From positions 628,410-692,409 of the forward strand of contig JAWQFM010000023.1 of NCBI GenBank assembly GCA_033442325.1: 64,000 bases of DNA, written 5' to 3'. The stretch is from Salpingoeca rosetta (taxonomy: Eukaryota > Protista > Choanoflagellata). The position numbers and the translations under genes were made by a program. The notes beneath the pieces were generated by a model, which ran no database searches, had not been told where the DNA came from, and was given only the letters and a program-made list of their open reading frames with translations. This document shows, one piece after another, positions 26,801 to 39,658 of the stretch (the stretch's first letter is position 1; each line of letters starts with the position of its first letter).

Positions 26801-29800
26801 GGCGTCAGCCGCAGGGTCGAGCACAACAACGGCGGCAACGCTGTACGTCACGGTGTTGTTGGTGGCATCGGCGTCCACAGCTGCGACCGTGTCGCAGTAC
26901 ACGCCGATGGCCGCGTCCTCCCACAGCGTGCACGATGCGTTTGCTGTTGTGAACACGGGCGTCTCGTCATTGCCGTCCACAACAACAATGAGCACTGGGA
27001 GCAACGCAAACATGCCGCCGCCATCTTCAGCTCGCAGCGTGAGGTTGTACGCTGCGCGCGCTTCACGATTCAGGCCGTTGTCGGCAACTGACACAACACC
27101 GGTCGCGGCGTCAACAGCAAAGAGAGCATCGGAGCCGTCGGCCGCAGGCTCAAGCGCGTACCACACGTTCCCCAGCGGCGAGTCGCTGCTATCCGCGTCC
27201 GTGGCGGCAAAGGGTTCTGGGCACTGGTACCCGGCGCTGTTCTCAGGGACATAGCACACGGCACCCGCTTCCACAAGCTCCCGGTCAAACTCGGGCGCGT
27301 ATTCGTTCACCTCCGTCAGCACCACGTCCACCCGCGCAGGCTCTGCGGCTGACAGCGATGTCGGTGAGCCAAGGTCGTACGCGCCAACATACACCACAAA
27401 CACTGGCTGTTGCTCTCTGTTCAGCAGTGCTGCTGATGCACCGCCTCGCGTGGACACGACGCCCGTCGTTGCATTCACCGTGAACAGCAGCGACGGCGAG
27501 GTGGTGGTGGAAGTGGTGGTGTTGGTGTCTGCGTTTTCGTCTTCATCGCTGGTGATGGGGAACCCCGTGGCGTTGACGAGAGCATAGCGCACGACGGCGT
27601 TCAGGCCTGCGTCAGCATCGCGTGCAAACACGGGCGCGGAGCATTCGACAGGCGGGGCAGCGCTGGCGGTGGCGTTGATGCGCGCATCCCATTCAGCAAT
27701 CTCGCACGTGTATACTGGCGCTTCACCTGTCGCATTGCCTGCAAGCACAAACTCTGGCTCGTTGTCGTTGACGTCATCCAAGACGACGTCGACAGGAATG
27801 CGCGTGGAGAGCGAGGGCATGCCAGCATCGCTCACCACAACAATAACAACAAAGGAAGACTGCACTTCGCGATCAAACAGAGTTGCGTTGAGCACAAGGG
27901 CACCCGTGCTGCTGTTGATGGCGACAATCGGGTTGGCGCCAACACCCCATTCGCTGGGCGCTGTTGTACCTGCAATTGAATACGTGAGCGCTGATGCTGG
28001 CGTGTTCGCCGCATCGTCATCCGTGGCCACAACACGTCCACAGGACACAAGCCTCTCACCGCCAGCGATACCAGTGGCGCCAGCCCCATCCCGCTCCAGC
28101 ACATGGCAGGGCGGCACACTCACAGCACGCGGCGCTTCATCGTTCACGTCAAGCACGGTGATGTACAGCGGCACCGTCGTTGCACGGCCGCCGCCATCTG
28201 TGGCAGTGATGTTCACGGTGAAGGCGCCCTCTTGCTCGCGATCAAGCACGCCGTCACCAGCGGGGCCGGACATGGGCGAGAAGAGCACGTGTGTGCCGTT
28301 CCAAGAGAAGCGGGCATCGGCAAAGGTGACGGTAATCTCCGAGTTTGGTGTGTTGGCTTGGTCTACATCCCAGAAGCGCAGCGAGGCCGAGGCTGGCGAG
28401 CACACTTGCAGCGCCGTCCTGTTTTCCACGAGGGAGCACGCGTACGAGGCAGCCGCAAACTGGGGCGAGTTGTCGTTCTCGTCCACAACCGTGATGCTAA
28501 CGCGTGCAAGGTTTTTACTGGCTCGCGGCGGGATGCCGGCATCAAACGCCTCAACGTACAGTGTGTAGTTGGAGATGGTCTCTCGATCCAGCTCCAGCGT
28601 GGTCGTGAGCTGCCCAGATGTGGCGTTGAGAGCAAACGGCAAGGCCAGATCACCTTCACCACCACCACCACCGACAACGCTGGTGCGGTTGGCGCTGGGA
28701 AGCACAAGGCGATAAGACACGGCCGCGTTGGCGCCAATGTCCGCATCGTCGGCGTGCACAACCGTGCACAGCTGCCAAGCAGGCAAATTCTCCCGGATGG
28801 CGCAGGTGTAGTTGAGCTGGTCGAAGATGGGGTTCTCTGTGTTCACGTCCAGGACCTGCACACGGACGGTGGCGAGCTCAGGTGCCTCAAGCGGCGGGCT
28901 GCCGTTGTCGCGGGCACGCACGGTCATGACTGCAACCTCTTGCCTGTCGCGATTCAGGGGCTCACGCACGTAGATGTCCCCCGTGGTGGCGTTGACGCCA
29001 AAGGAGGTCGAGTTGCTGGACACGAGCGTGTATGTGACGCGGGCGTTTGCGTTGCCTGGTTCGTCCCCATCCACAGCCAGCACACGCACGCACGCGTCGC
29101 CAATGCTGGCGTTCTCGTAGATGGAGCACGCGTACATGTCGTCGGTGAAGACGGGCACTTGATCATTGACGTCCTGCACCGTCACCCGCATGAACCCAGG
29201 CTGCGTGCTCGCCAGGTTGGCGTCGTCCGAGGCCACAAACGCGAGCAGGTACGTTGCCGTGGTTTCGCGGTCCAGTGGAGCGGTGAGCGACACAGCACCC
29301 GTCGACTCGTTCACGGCGAAGACGGGGGAGGAGAAGTTGGGAGCAAACGCATAGCGCACCGTGTCGCCTTGTTCGACATCCATGGCAACCACAGACCCGC
29401 ACACAGACCCAAGCGTCGCATTCTCGCGCAGGCTGCACTCAAACAAGGGCTGGGTAAACTCTGGCGCCACATCGCGCACGTTGGTCACAAGGACGCGCAG
29501 GGTCACAACGGAGGACGAGAGTTGCGGTGATCCGCTGTCGTGCGCCTGCACGCGTAGCACATGCTCGCGTGTCGTTTCGTAGTCAAGTGCACCGACCAGC
29601 TCCACCGTGCCGTTGGCGTGAACGCGGAACAGCTCGGACGGGTCCAGCAGCTCCACAACAACGGCGCTGTTTGCGGTGTTTGGCTCATCGGCATCTGTGG
29701 CAGCAAGGCCAAACGCCAGCACGCTACCGACTGCAAGGTCCTCCGGCACAGTCACGTTCGTGCTGCCCTCTGCGACGAGAAGCGGGCGGTTGTCGTTGAC

Positions 29801-32800
29801 ATCTGTCACGCGCACGCTGACGAGGACGGCGCCACTCAGCTGTGGCCTTCCCGCATCGCGCGCGACAAGGCTGAACGTGTACGTGTCGTTTGCCTCGCGG
29901 TCGAGAGCAGTGACGAGCGTCAGCGACGGCCGCTCTCGGTCGGTCGTGTTGAACAGGAACGGCAGGCGAGACAGCTCGTATTGCGCGATGCTGTAGGACA
30001 CGCGTGACGCGTTGCCCAGGTCGTAGTCCACCGCTGTGGGCAGCGCAAGCATCGTGTTGAACGCTGCGGCCTCAGACACCTCGACGGTGAACTGCGCCTG
30101 ACCAAAGTCTGGCGCGTTGTCATTGATGTCTGTGACATTCACGGTGACGACCGCCTGTGCGGAGAAGAACGGCGATGCGGTGTTCTCTGCGCGCACAACC
30201 AGGCGATAGAACGCCTGCGTCTCGCGGTCCAGCGTGCCGACAACAAGCACGTGACCCGTGGCGTTCACATCAAACGCGCCGTTGGAGTTCCCAGAGACGA
30301 TGGAGAAGCCCACAGCTGCGTTGTCCCCCACATCCCTGTCGCTCACGCTCACGGCGCCAATGCTCTCCTCCGCCGGGGTGTTGCGTTCCGCCACGCTCAA
30401 GGCGTATGTCGCCTGTGAGAACACTGGCGGGAACTCGTTCACGTCCTGCACGGCTATGACCACAGTCAGGTCCTGCGCCACAATGGGCGGCGTGCCGAGG
30501 TCCGTGGCGCCAATGGTGATGGTGATGGTGTCCACAGCCTCCCTGTCCAGGGGCGACTGCAGCGTGAGCACACCAAAGAGCGCGTCCAGGCTCACCTCCA
30601 CCGCGTCTGTGGGCGAGATTGTGCGCACAAAGTAGCGCGGGATGCCGGCAATGCCCTCGTCCGCGTCCGTGGCGTTCACCTGCACCAGCACGGACCCCGG
30701 CGCGGTGTCCTCTGAAACGTCCAGCACCAGTGTGGTCGGGTGGTCCCAGGTCGGTGTCTCGTCGTTCACGTTGGTCACGGTGATGCTGACGGGCACGGGC
30801 AGGGTGGGCCGCTGGCCCGCTTTGCTGTTGGACGCCGTCACCAGCAGCTGCACGGTGCGCAGGCCCGCCACATCGTAGTCAAGCTCAGACGCAACGCGCA
30901 GCACGCCCGTGGTGGCGTTGATGGAAAACAGGCCGGCGTGGCTCGGGTTCGACGGAGGCTCCAAGAAGAAGTAGATGTCGTCGTTGACGTCCAGGTCTGT
31001 GGCGCTCACGGTCAGCACGGGCGTACCAACTGGCGTGGTCTCCGGAAGCGAGGCTGCGTAAGCGTCCTCGTCAAACACGGGCGCGTTGTCGTTCACGTCC
31101 TCCACATACACGCGCACGCTGGCCGTTACACTGCGCGGCGTCGGCACGCCCGCGTCTGTCGCAGACACAAGCACGAGCAGCGAGGACGCGCCCGTGTCTT
31201 CGAAATCGACGTTCTGCACCAGCCACAGCTCGCCCGTGGCCGTGTCGAGTGAAAACAGGCTGGCGTTGGTATGGGGGACGGTCTCCAGCGCGAGCGACAC
31301 GCGGCCATTTGCACCGCTGTCATCGTCCGTTGCCCAAACAACGCCCACAAGGTGTGGCAGCGTCACGTTCTCCGAAACGGCAAACGCAAACTGGTTGCTG
31401 CCGGGTGGGTTTGCGTTTGCAAACACGGGCGAGTTGTCGTTGGCATCGACAACGCTGACTTCCACAGTCACCGTGCTTGTGTGCTGCAAGTCTGGGCCCT
31501 GGTCGCTGGCTGCAATCTCAAGCGTGTATGCCGTTTGCACCTCATAGTCAACGCTGTGCACGAGCAGCTCGCCGCTCACAGGATCGATGCTGAAGTTGCC
31601 AAATGGATCCCCAGAGACAAGGGCGTAGCGCACGCGCCCGTTGTCGCCGAGATCCGCGTCAACCGCAGACAGCGCGAGCACGACTTGATCCGAGAGGGTC
31701 TCGGACACATTCACCGCATAGGCGCTGGCTGAAAACTCCGGCGTGTAGTCGTTGACACAGTACGCCGTTGGCAGTGTGTTGTTCACCAGATGCAGGGGCG
31801 AGTACTCTGATGGCACAAACACGGTTGCGTTGGTGCTCGTGGTCAGCGGCAGCACGGCCAGCAAGTCGCCCTCGTACACCACAGATGATGACGATGACGA
31901 TGATGACGATGTTCCGACGTGCAGCGTGACAAAGGCCTGGCTGGGGTCGCTCTCGTTCTGGTTCGATACTTGCACAAAGGACACGCCAATGTTTGTGAGG
32001 TTGAACGCAGATGCACTTGTGAGCGCAAACGTGGCGTTCACACCCGCAGCAGGCGCCAGGCGCACCAGGCCGCCATAAGGCCCCGCGGTCCTGTTCACCG
32101 TGACCAGCGCCTCGCCGGTGCCCGGGTCCATGTACGTGCTGTCGTGGAACTGCTGCTGGAAGGCAGGATCGTTGGATGCCAAGTCCACAAACAGGTCGAT
32201 GCGGGTGTTGCTGCCAGACAAGGTGGCGGTGATGTTGAGGCTGCATGATGTGAGTGGCGAGTCCACCGTGCTCACGGCGGCCTCTGTCAGGATCTCCGCA
32301 CGCTTGTTGAGGAAGTTCTGCAGCGCAATGAAATCACGCGTGTCCACGGTTCCGTCGCGATTGACATCCAGCTCGCTATCCACCACCGCATTGCGCACCA
32401 TCTCGCTGTCCTCCAGCGTGAAGCCGCTCGCAGCGTGCACGAGATAGAGCATGAGCAAGTCGCCATCCGCACCGTCAAACACGCAGTCGCCGTTCACGTC
32501 TCCGCGCGGGCGGCCCCCGCTGCCGCAATCGTCCATCTTCACCGTGTTTCGGCGCACACGCTTCCCTGCGTGGATGACTTCAGCAGGGGAGGGAATGGTT
32601 GCACCTGGTGCACCATCACTGTCGTCAACAGGAACACCGTGGGCGTCAGCATTGTCGTTGTCATTGTTGCGATCGTTCTCCTCGCTGTGATCAAGCTCAG
32701 AATCGCTCACGAGATCACGACGACGGCGGCGGCGCGCGTAGAGCGAACACGCAGTGCTGGGATCGTCACCAGCCCCGCTGCTTCCTCCACTCATGCTCAC

Positions 32801-35800
32801 GGGCAGCTCTGCCTCACCTGCGATGATGGGATGGGGCTGCGCTCCAATACTGCTTCCTGAATCGTCGCGTGCGCTCAGCACTCTGCCGCTCACGGTTGCT
32901 GTTGGGGACGTGCGCTTCGGAACAACTACGACAGTGCCCAACAACACGCTGCCATCGTCCCCAGCAGCAGCAGCAGCAGCAGCAGGTGAGCTGACGGTGA
33001 GGTTGAATATGTGCTCATCAGTGGATCCGGCAGACGAGACCACGGACACGTTTGTGGCGGGCACAAACCGCTCAAAGGTGAGCAGCGTCAACGGCAGCTC
33101 CACCACCATGTCGAGGGAGGCGAGCCGCTGGGAGCTTGGGTTGAAGCGCACAGCAAAGCCGTACTCCTGCGCCAGCACGGCGCCAGAGAAGGTCAGGCCC
33201 GATTGCTGGCCAAAGTCAACGTCGCCCATATCCGGCTGCAAGTTCACGGTGAGGCCAATGGCCTCCGACACGAGGCTGGACACGCCAAGCGCGTCGGCAA
33301 CAATGCACACGGAGAAGCGTGTATTTTGCAGCGGTGTAAGGGCGCCCGAAGACGCGCCAACCTCCAGCACGCTCGGCGTTGTGGATGTGAATGACACCAG
33401 GCCTTCAACGGCAACATCACCTGTTGCCGGCGACACCACGCTCGGGTACCGGGATCCGTCCGCAAACACGACGTCACACGTCACCCGCGCCGCAGTGGTG
33501 TTTCGCACACCTGAAACCACGTCCACATCAACGACGCCTCCCTCGCCCTCGCCCGGTGCGACGGCACGCAAGTTATCCAGCGCAGCAATTGCCACAGCAT
33601 CGTTCACAGCGGCAGCCGTGATGACCAAGGCTTGCTCGGCAGGCAGCGTGGGCGAACTTGCGCTGCTGAACGTGGCCGCGATCACGACCCGTTGTTCCGC
33701 TCCCGTGCTTGATGCGCTGAGTACAAACGACTCACTGCTTGCACCATCACCAGCATTGACATCGGTGTTGAGCGAAAACACGCTGGAAACAGCGAGGCGG
33801 TCGCCTGTGGTGGCGTTGGTCAAGAACACGGCCGTGTCGTTGTTTGCGGTCACGTCCACAGTCGAATCATCGCTCAGCAGCAGCTGAACGCCCAGCGCAG
33901 CCTGCTGGTACACACCAGACTGGCCCATGGGCCGAAGCCGCGTGCGCGACACTGCATCTGAGCCAGCGTACCTTGGGTACGGCGTCGCCAGCACTTGCAG
34001 CCCCGTTGTCTGCACCACCGTGATGGTGGTGGAGGCAGTGCCAGCCAGGCTCGCAAAGGACACCCACACGTTGTACGCGCCTGCGCTGGCACCTGGTGCA
34101 ACAGACACGATGACACCCTGCCCAGCATCAGCATCAGCGGAGAGCACAAGCCCATTGTCAAGTGTGAGCTGCGTCTGCGGGTTGCTGGTCATGTCCTTTG
34201 TGCGGCCGTCCACAAACGTCACGAGGACACGCAGCGTGGTGTTGAGCGAGAGGCCCGCCACAGCGGCGGCATTGTCACCTTCAACACGCAGGCGGGTGGT
34301 CTCAAGCACAAGCTCCACGCTGGCAATCTCAGGCAGGGTGACTTGGATGTCTGCTGTCGTGCTGTAGTTTACAGCCGGACACGGCGAAAACGTTACAGAC
34401 AGCAAGTCGCCCTCGCCAACACCACTGGGCACCACAACGCCATCATCCGACACGACCACGACGTCTTCATTCAGGGACGCGTGCGAGACCACACTGGCGC
34501 TGGCAGGGACGGCAATCCACGTGCCGTCGTCCAAATACAGGTGGGTGACCACCTGCGCCGTGCTGTTCTCAAAGTCCTCAAGTGGCCCTGTTGTGATTGC
34601 ATCCACAACCAGCGTGGATGATGATGACGATGATGATGATGACGATGAAGATGATGATGATGATGACGATGACGATGATGATGATGATGACGATGATGAT
34701 GATGATGAAGACGCGTCGCTGTCCTCATTTTCAGTTGCAGCAGAAGAAATAGACGCGACAACAGACGCCTGCAGGTCAACGACGGCGGCAGCACGAATGC
34801 CAACGGGTGACACCGTCTCCACGCTGGTGACTCGGACGAGGGGCAGGAGGGGCACACCGAGGGATATCGAGACAATGCCATCGCTTGAGGCAGTAACGAC
34901 ACCATACTCATCCACCGACAGCACATCTGGGTTGGACACTTGCAGGCGATCAGCGACGAGAGACGTGATTTGCAGCTCCTCCTCAATGTCTGCGTTGTCG
35001 GTGAAGGTGACAAGCACATCCAGCTGGCCCTGCTGATACAGCGTGCCATCAGCACTGCTGCACGCGGAGAAGCTGACAGCGCGCAACGTGGTGCTGGGGC
35101 TGAGCACGGCTCGCGGGTCGCCCGCTGGTGCCAGCACAACAAAGGTCAGGTTGGTTGCGAGCTGTGGCTCCGAGACAAGCGTAATCGACACTTCCACCTG
35201 TGCCGACGGCTGTGTGGTGCTGCCATCCATGAGCACAGACTCGCAGCTGGCTGCGGTGGCCAGTGCGGTGGCATCCGAAGACGAGCACTGCAGGTCGTCT
35301 GCGCTTGGCGTGCGCACATCGCCGCTCACGTACACCACAATGTGGGACAGGTCCACCGCCACCTCGTCTTCCGTGAGCGAGTACGTGTTGATGAGGCGGT
35401 GCTGTGGAGAGAACGACAGCAGCCGCACAGGTTCATCCACAAACAGACGCACACGGCCCTCAGTCGATGCGCCCTCGGCATCCACCAGCACTCCAGCCGT
35501 GTTGGCAGGAACGGCAGCCGTGCCCTCAAGCGTGGTCGCCGCTTGCACGGTGATGGACAAGGTCACGGCGTCCTGTGCCACACCACGCGGCAAGTCAAGG
35601 GTCACTTGAACCACGCTTCTGCGCGCGTTCTTGGGGAGCGCGTTGGAGCGCTTTGACGCATACAGAAAGAAGAGGGCCTGACTGGATGTGGTGTCCACCG
35701 TGTGCTGGTCCCACCGCTGCGCGTCAAAGGCAACGTCGGTGATGTTGGCGTTGTCCACGGCCACGCGGAACTGCAGCGAGGACACGCGCACTTGGAAGAT

Positions 35801-38800
35801 GGCCTCCACATCAATGGTGAGCGTCGTCCGCGGCTCTTGTGGCTCGGGTGGCAGCACCGCCACCAGGTTGTTCTTGACCGACGACAGGCTCGCCTGCTGG
35901 CGCAGTGTCGCATAGACGGGGTCAGCCTCCACCCACGTTGTTGCTGTGGTGTCCGTGTTGGCATCCGTACTGTTGGCGGCGGCAGCGTCTGCGGTGACTT
36001 GCAGGGCCGCCGTGATGCGAATGGATTCGCTCGAGCCCGCGTCGACGACGGAGAACCAAGATGAAGGCACCGTCAGCCGCAGCAGGCACGATCCCGTTTC
36101 CTGCGACGTGTTGCACGCGGCCGTGAAGTTGCTCGGGTCCAGCGTGCTCGCCGTCACCGGCATGTGCACCACAACGCGAACGCTGCGCACAGCAGCGCGC
36201 GGGTTACCATCGGGTCCCCGCACGTGTGCGAACAGCACAATCTCGTCTCCGGTCGACCACACTTCACCTTGCAGCAGGTCGACAACCACGTATTCTGTGG
36301 AAGCCGACGTGCTGTTGCCGCTCCCGCTCGAAGAAGCGTTGGGTGCTGAGGAAGGCGACGACGAGGATGAGAGGGGAGGCAGGGCAACGTCAAGGGCGGC
36401 GCTTCTCTCCCCGATACTCGCCTCCACTTCGGCGCGCGTATCACTGAAGGAGAGGGAGGTGAGGGCCTGCGAAATGCTCAGCGATGCGCGGGACGGTGTG
36501 CCCTGGAACGCAGCCACGCTGGAGCGCAGCATGGGTGCCACCACATCCGCCACAGTCAGCTCGATTGTGGTCTGTACAGATTGCCGCACGCCAGCCACCT
36601 CCGTGTCGGTGGCCTCCACAACGACGCGCTGTGTTGGCACACGCGACGTCCCAGACACATTGAACAGGACCTGGCCGTCTTGCAGCACAATGAGGGGTGC
36701 GCTCCCACCGTTGTCTGCGCCACTGCTGCCGCCTACAACGGCAAATTCGACCGCGTTGTTGCCAGCCACATCTGCATCTGCCGCAGTGAGTTGGGCGAGA
36801 AGCGTGCCAACACGCGTATCCCAAGGCACAATCAGGCTCGCGTTCACAGAGGCAGGGGTCAGAACAGGCAGGTTGTCGTTGAGGTTCACAACCTCGATGT
36901 CCAACTGCAAGAGCGGTGACTGCAGTGCAGGATCGCCCATGTCCACAGCACGCACGCTGCAGGTAATGGCCTGGACCTGCTCATAGTCCACGTCAGCAAC
37001 GCGCAGCTCGCCCGTGGTCGCATTCAAGCTGACCAGGGACGGGTGCGACGCGCTCTCAAGCACAAACCGCACTTGTCCCCGCGGCCCAGAGTCCGCGTCT
37101 GTGCTGGTGAAGGTGGTGAGCAACACCCACTGGCCCGCGTTCTCGCGCACGAGCAGCTGCGTGCCGTTGGCAGAGCGCAACGTCGGTGCGTTGTCGTTGA
37201 TATCCGTCACTGCAAGTGTGATGGGCACAAGCACCGTGTGCGCTGATGCATCATCGTCGCTGTCACGCACGCGCACTTGCACAGTCACCGAGGGTCCTGT
37301 TTCTTCGTAATCCAGCGGCGCTGTCAGGAACACGTGCCCAGTGCTGTTCACGCTGAAATAAGCGCCCGCAGCAAACCCTTGGTACACGGGCACGATGGTG
37401 AAGGAGAGTTGAGTCACCGCAGCGCTGTCTGCGTCCTGCACCACCAACGCGGCCACGAGCAGCGGCGTGCTTGTCGCGTCTGCTGGCAGCGCCGTGAAGT
37501 TTTCGCTGACAGCGGTGACACGCTGCTCCACACGGGTGATGTTCGGTGCGTTGTCGTTCTCATCCTGCACATTCACAACCACGTTCAGGTCTGTGGTGAC
37601 CTGCTGCGGCGATCCGTCATCGCTGATGCTGAACCCGAGCGAGTACGACTGCGTTGTCTCGTAGTCGAGAGCACCCGCAATAACCACGCGCCCATCTGCT
37701 GTCAGGCTGAACGCTGGCGGCGCAACGCCGGTTGCCCGGTCAACGAGATCAAAAAAGGTGAGGACCGTGTCGACTGCATCCAAGTCGTGCGCCTGAATCG
37801 TGTCCACAACATCGCCCACCTGCGCCAGCTCAGACACGGGCGCCAGCACCTGGCCTGGCACATCGAGCTCTGGTGCAAAGTCGTTGGTGTTGACCACGGC
37901 CACCGTGGCGTCGATGGTGAGGCTGCGAATCGCGGGCTGCGTCATGGTGTCCTGCACGAGGATGCGAAGCGAGTACGAGCTTGCGGCTTCATAGTCCAAG
38001 CTCTCTGTTGTCTGCACAACCACCTCAAACGTGGCTGCGTCCGTCTGGTTCACAGTCACGGAGAACGCTGACGTGCCAGCGACGACAGCACCCGTTGGTG
38101 GCGTGTCCTGCTCATCCACGGCCACGATGATCAAGCCAGTGCCGTCCATGGGCACAACGAGGCCGCCGGGGCCAGGGTCCTGGTCGCTCACGACAGCACG
38201 GATAACAGTAACGCCGCTGCCGGCATTCTCTTCCACGGGCGTCTCTGTGAGGGAGACGAGCGATGGCGTGACGTCGTTCACGTTGCCAATGCTGACAGCG
38301 ATTGTGGCCGTGTCTGTGAGCGCAGGGTTGCCCGTGTTGCTTGCAAGCACCTGAATAGTGTAGGACGCCTGTGCTTCGTAATCCACGCCATCACCAACAA
38401 GCATCACCTCGCCGGTGACCGACGAGACAGTGAACAGGCCCTCGCCAGACACAGGGTCCACGCTCTGCACGGTGAGCGCGGTGTCGCGGAAACCTGGCGT
38501 GACATCCGCATCGTCCACGTGCAGCGTGGCAATGACAGTGGGCGTGCTCACGTCCTCGGACACAGACACCGCGATGGACGTGTTGGCAAAGCGGGGCGGC
38601 TCGTCGTTGACATCTGTCAGCGACACAATCACAGGGACAGAGGTCGACATGCCCTGGGCGCTGCCGCTCCGGTCCGTGGCCACCAAGGTGAAGTTCCACA
38701 CCTGCTGCGTGTCAAAGTCAGTCAGGCTGCCGTCCACATTCAAGTACACGATGGTGCGTCCACCGGCTTGGAAGGGCTGCACGGTGAAGGGGAAGTTGGG

Positions 38801-39583
38801 GTTGCCTGTGGCCGCGGGGATGGCTGGGCTGATGGCACGGTTGGTGCCGCTGTCAGCATCAGACACGGTCATGACCAGCAGCGGCTGGCGCGTCACGCCC
38901 TCAGCCACGGATATGCTGTACTGGGCTGCGTTGAACACGGGCGCGTTGTCGTTGATGTCGCTGACAAACACGGAGAATGTTGTGGTGCTGGCTGCCCCGT
39001 CTTGGTCCTCGGCAATGAGGGTGACGCGATAGGTGCTGATGGTCTCCCTGTCCAGCGACAGTTGCGTTGCCAGCGTCACCTCAACGTTCCTTGCACCGTC
39101 GGCAGTGATGTCGTCGTCTGTGACAGCGAGCGCAAAGGGCTCTGCTCCGTTCAGGGGCACTTGCACACCCAGCGGCGACGTGGCGCGCACGTTGCTGATG
39201 CGCACAGTCATTGTGTTAAAGGGCTCCCTGTCTGCGTCCTGAAAGATGGCAGTGCCAACAAGCTGTCCTGCATCCTGCTCCTCGGCCACAGAGAAGCTCG
39301 TGGTGTCCGAGATGAGCGCTGGTGTGCGGTCGTTCACCTGGGACACCGACACACCGACGCAGACAGCATTGGAGATCAGGCCTTCTTCATCACGCACGCG
39401 CAGTTCTACCGTGCGCGTGCCCGTCTGTGGCTCGTCGGCACTGTCCTCAAACGTGACGCCAGCAATTGCTTGCATCAGGTCATCCACGGTCGCACCGTCG
39501 CTGAGCTCCAGCGTGTAAATGCGCGCCGCACCACCGCCACTGGGCAGTGTCGTGGTGGTTGTGGTGGTCTTCAGTGCCGGCGC

Positions 39584-39658
<75 letters not shown>

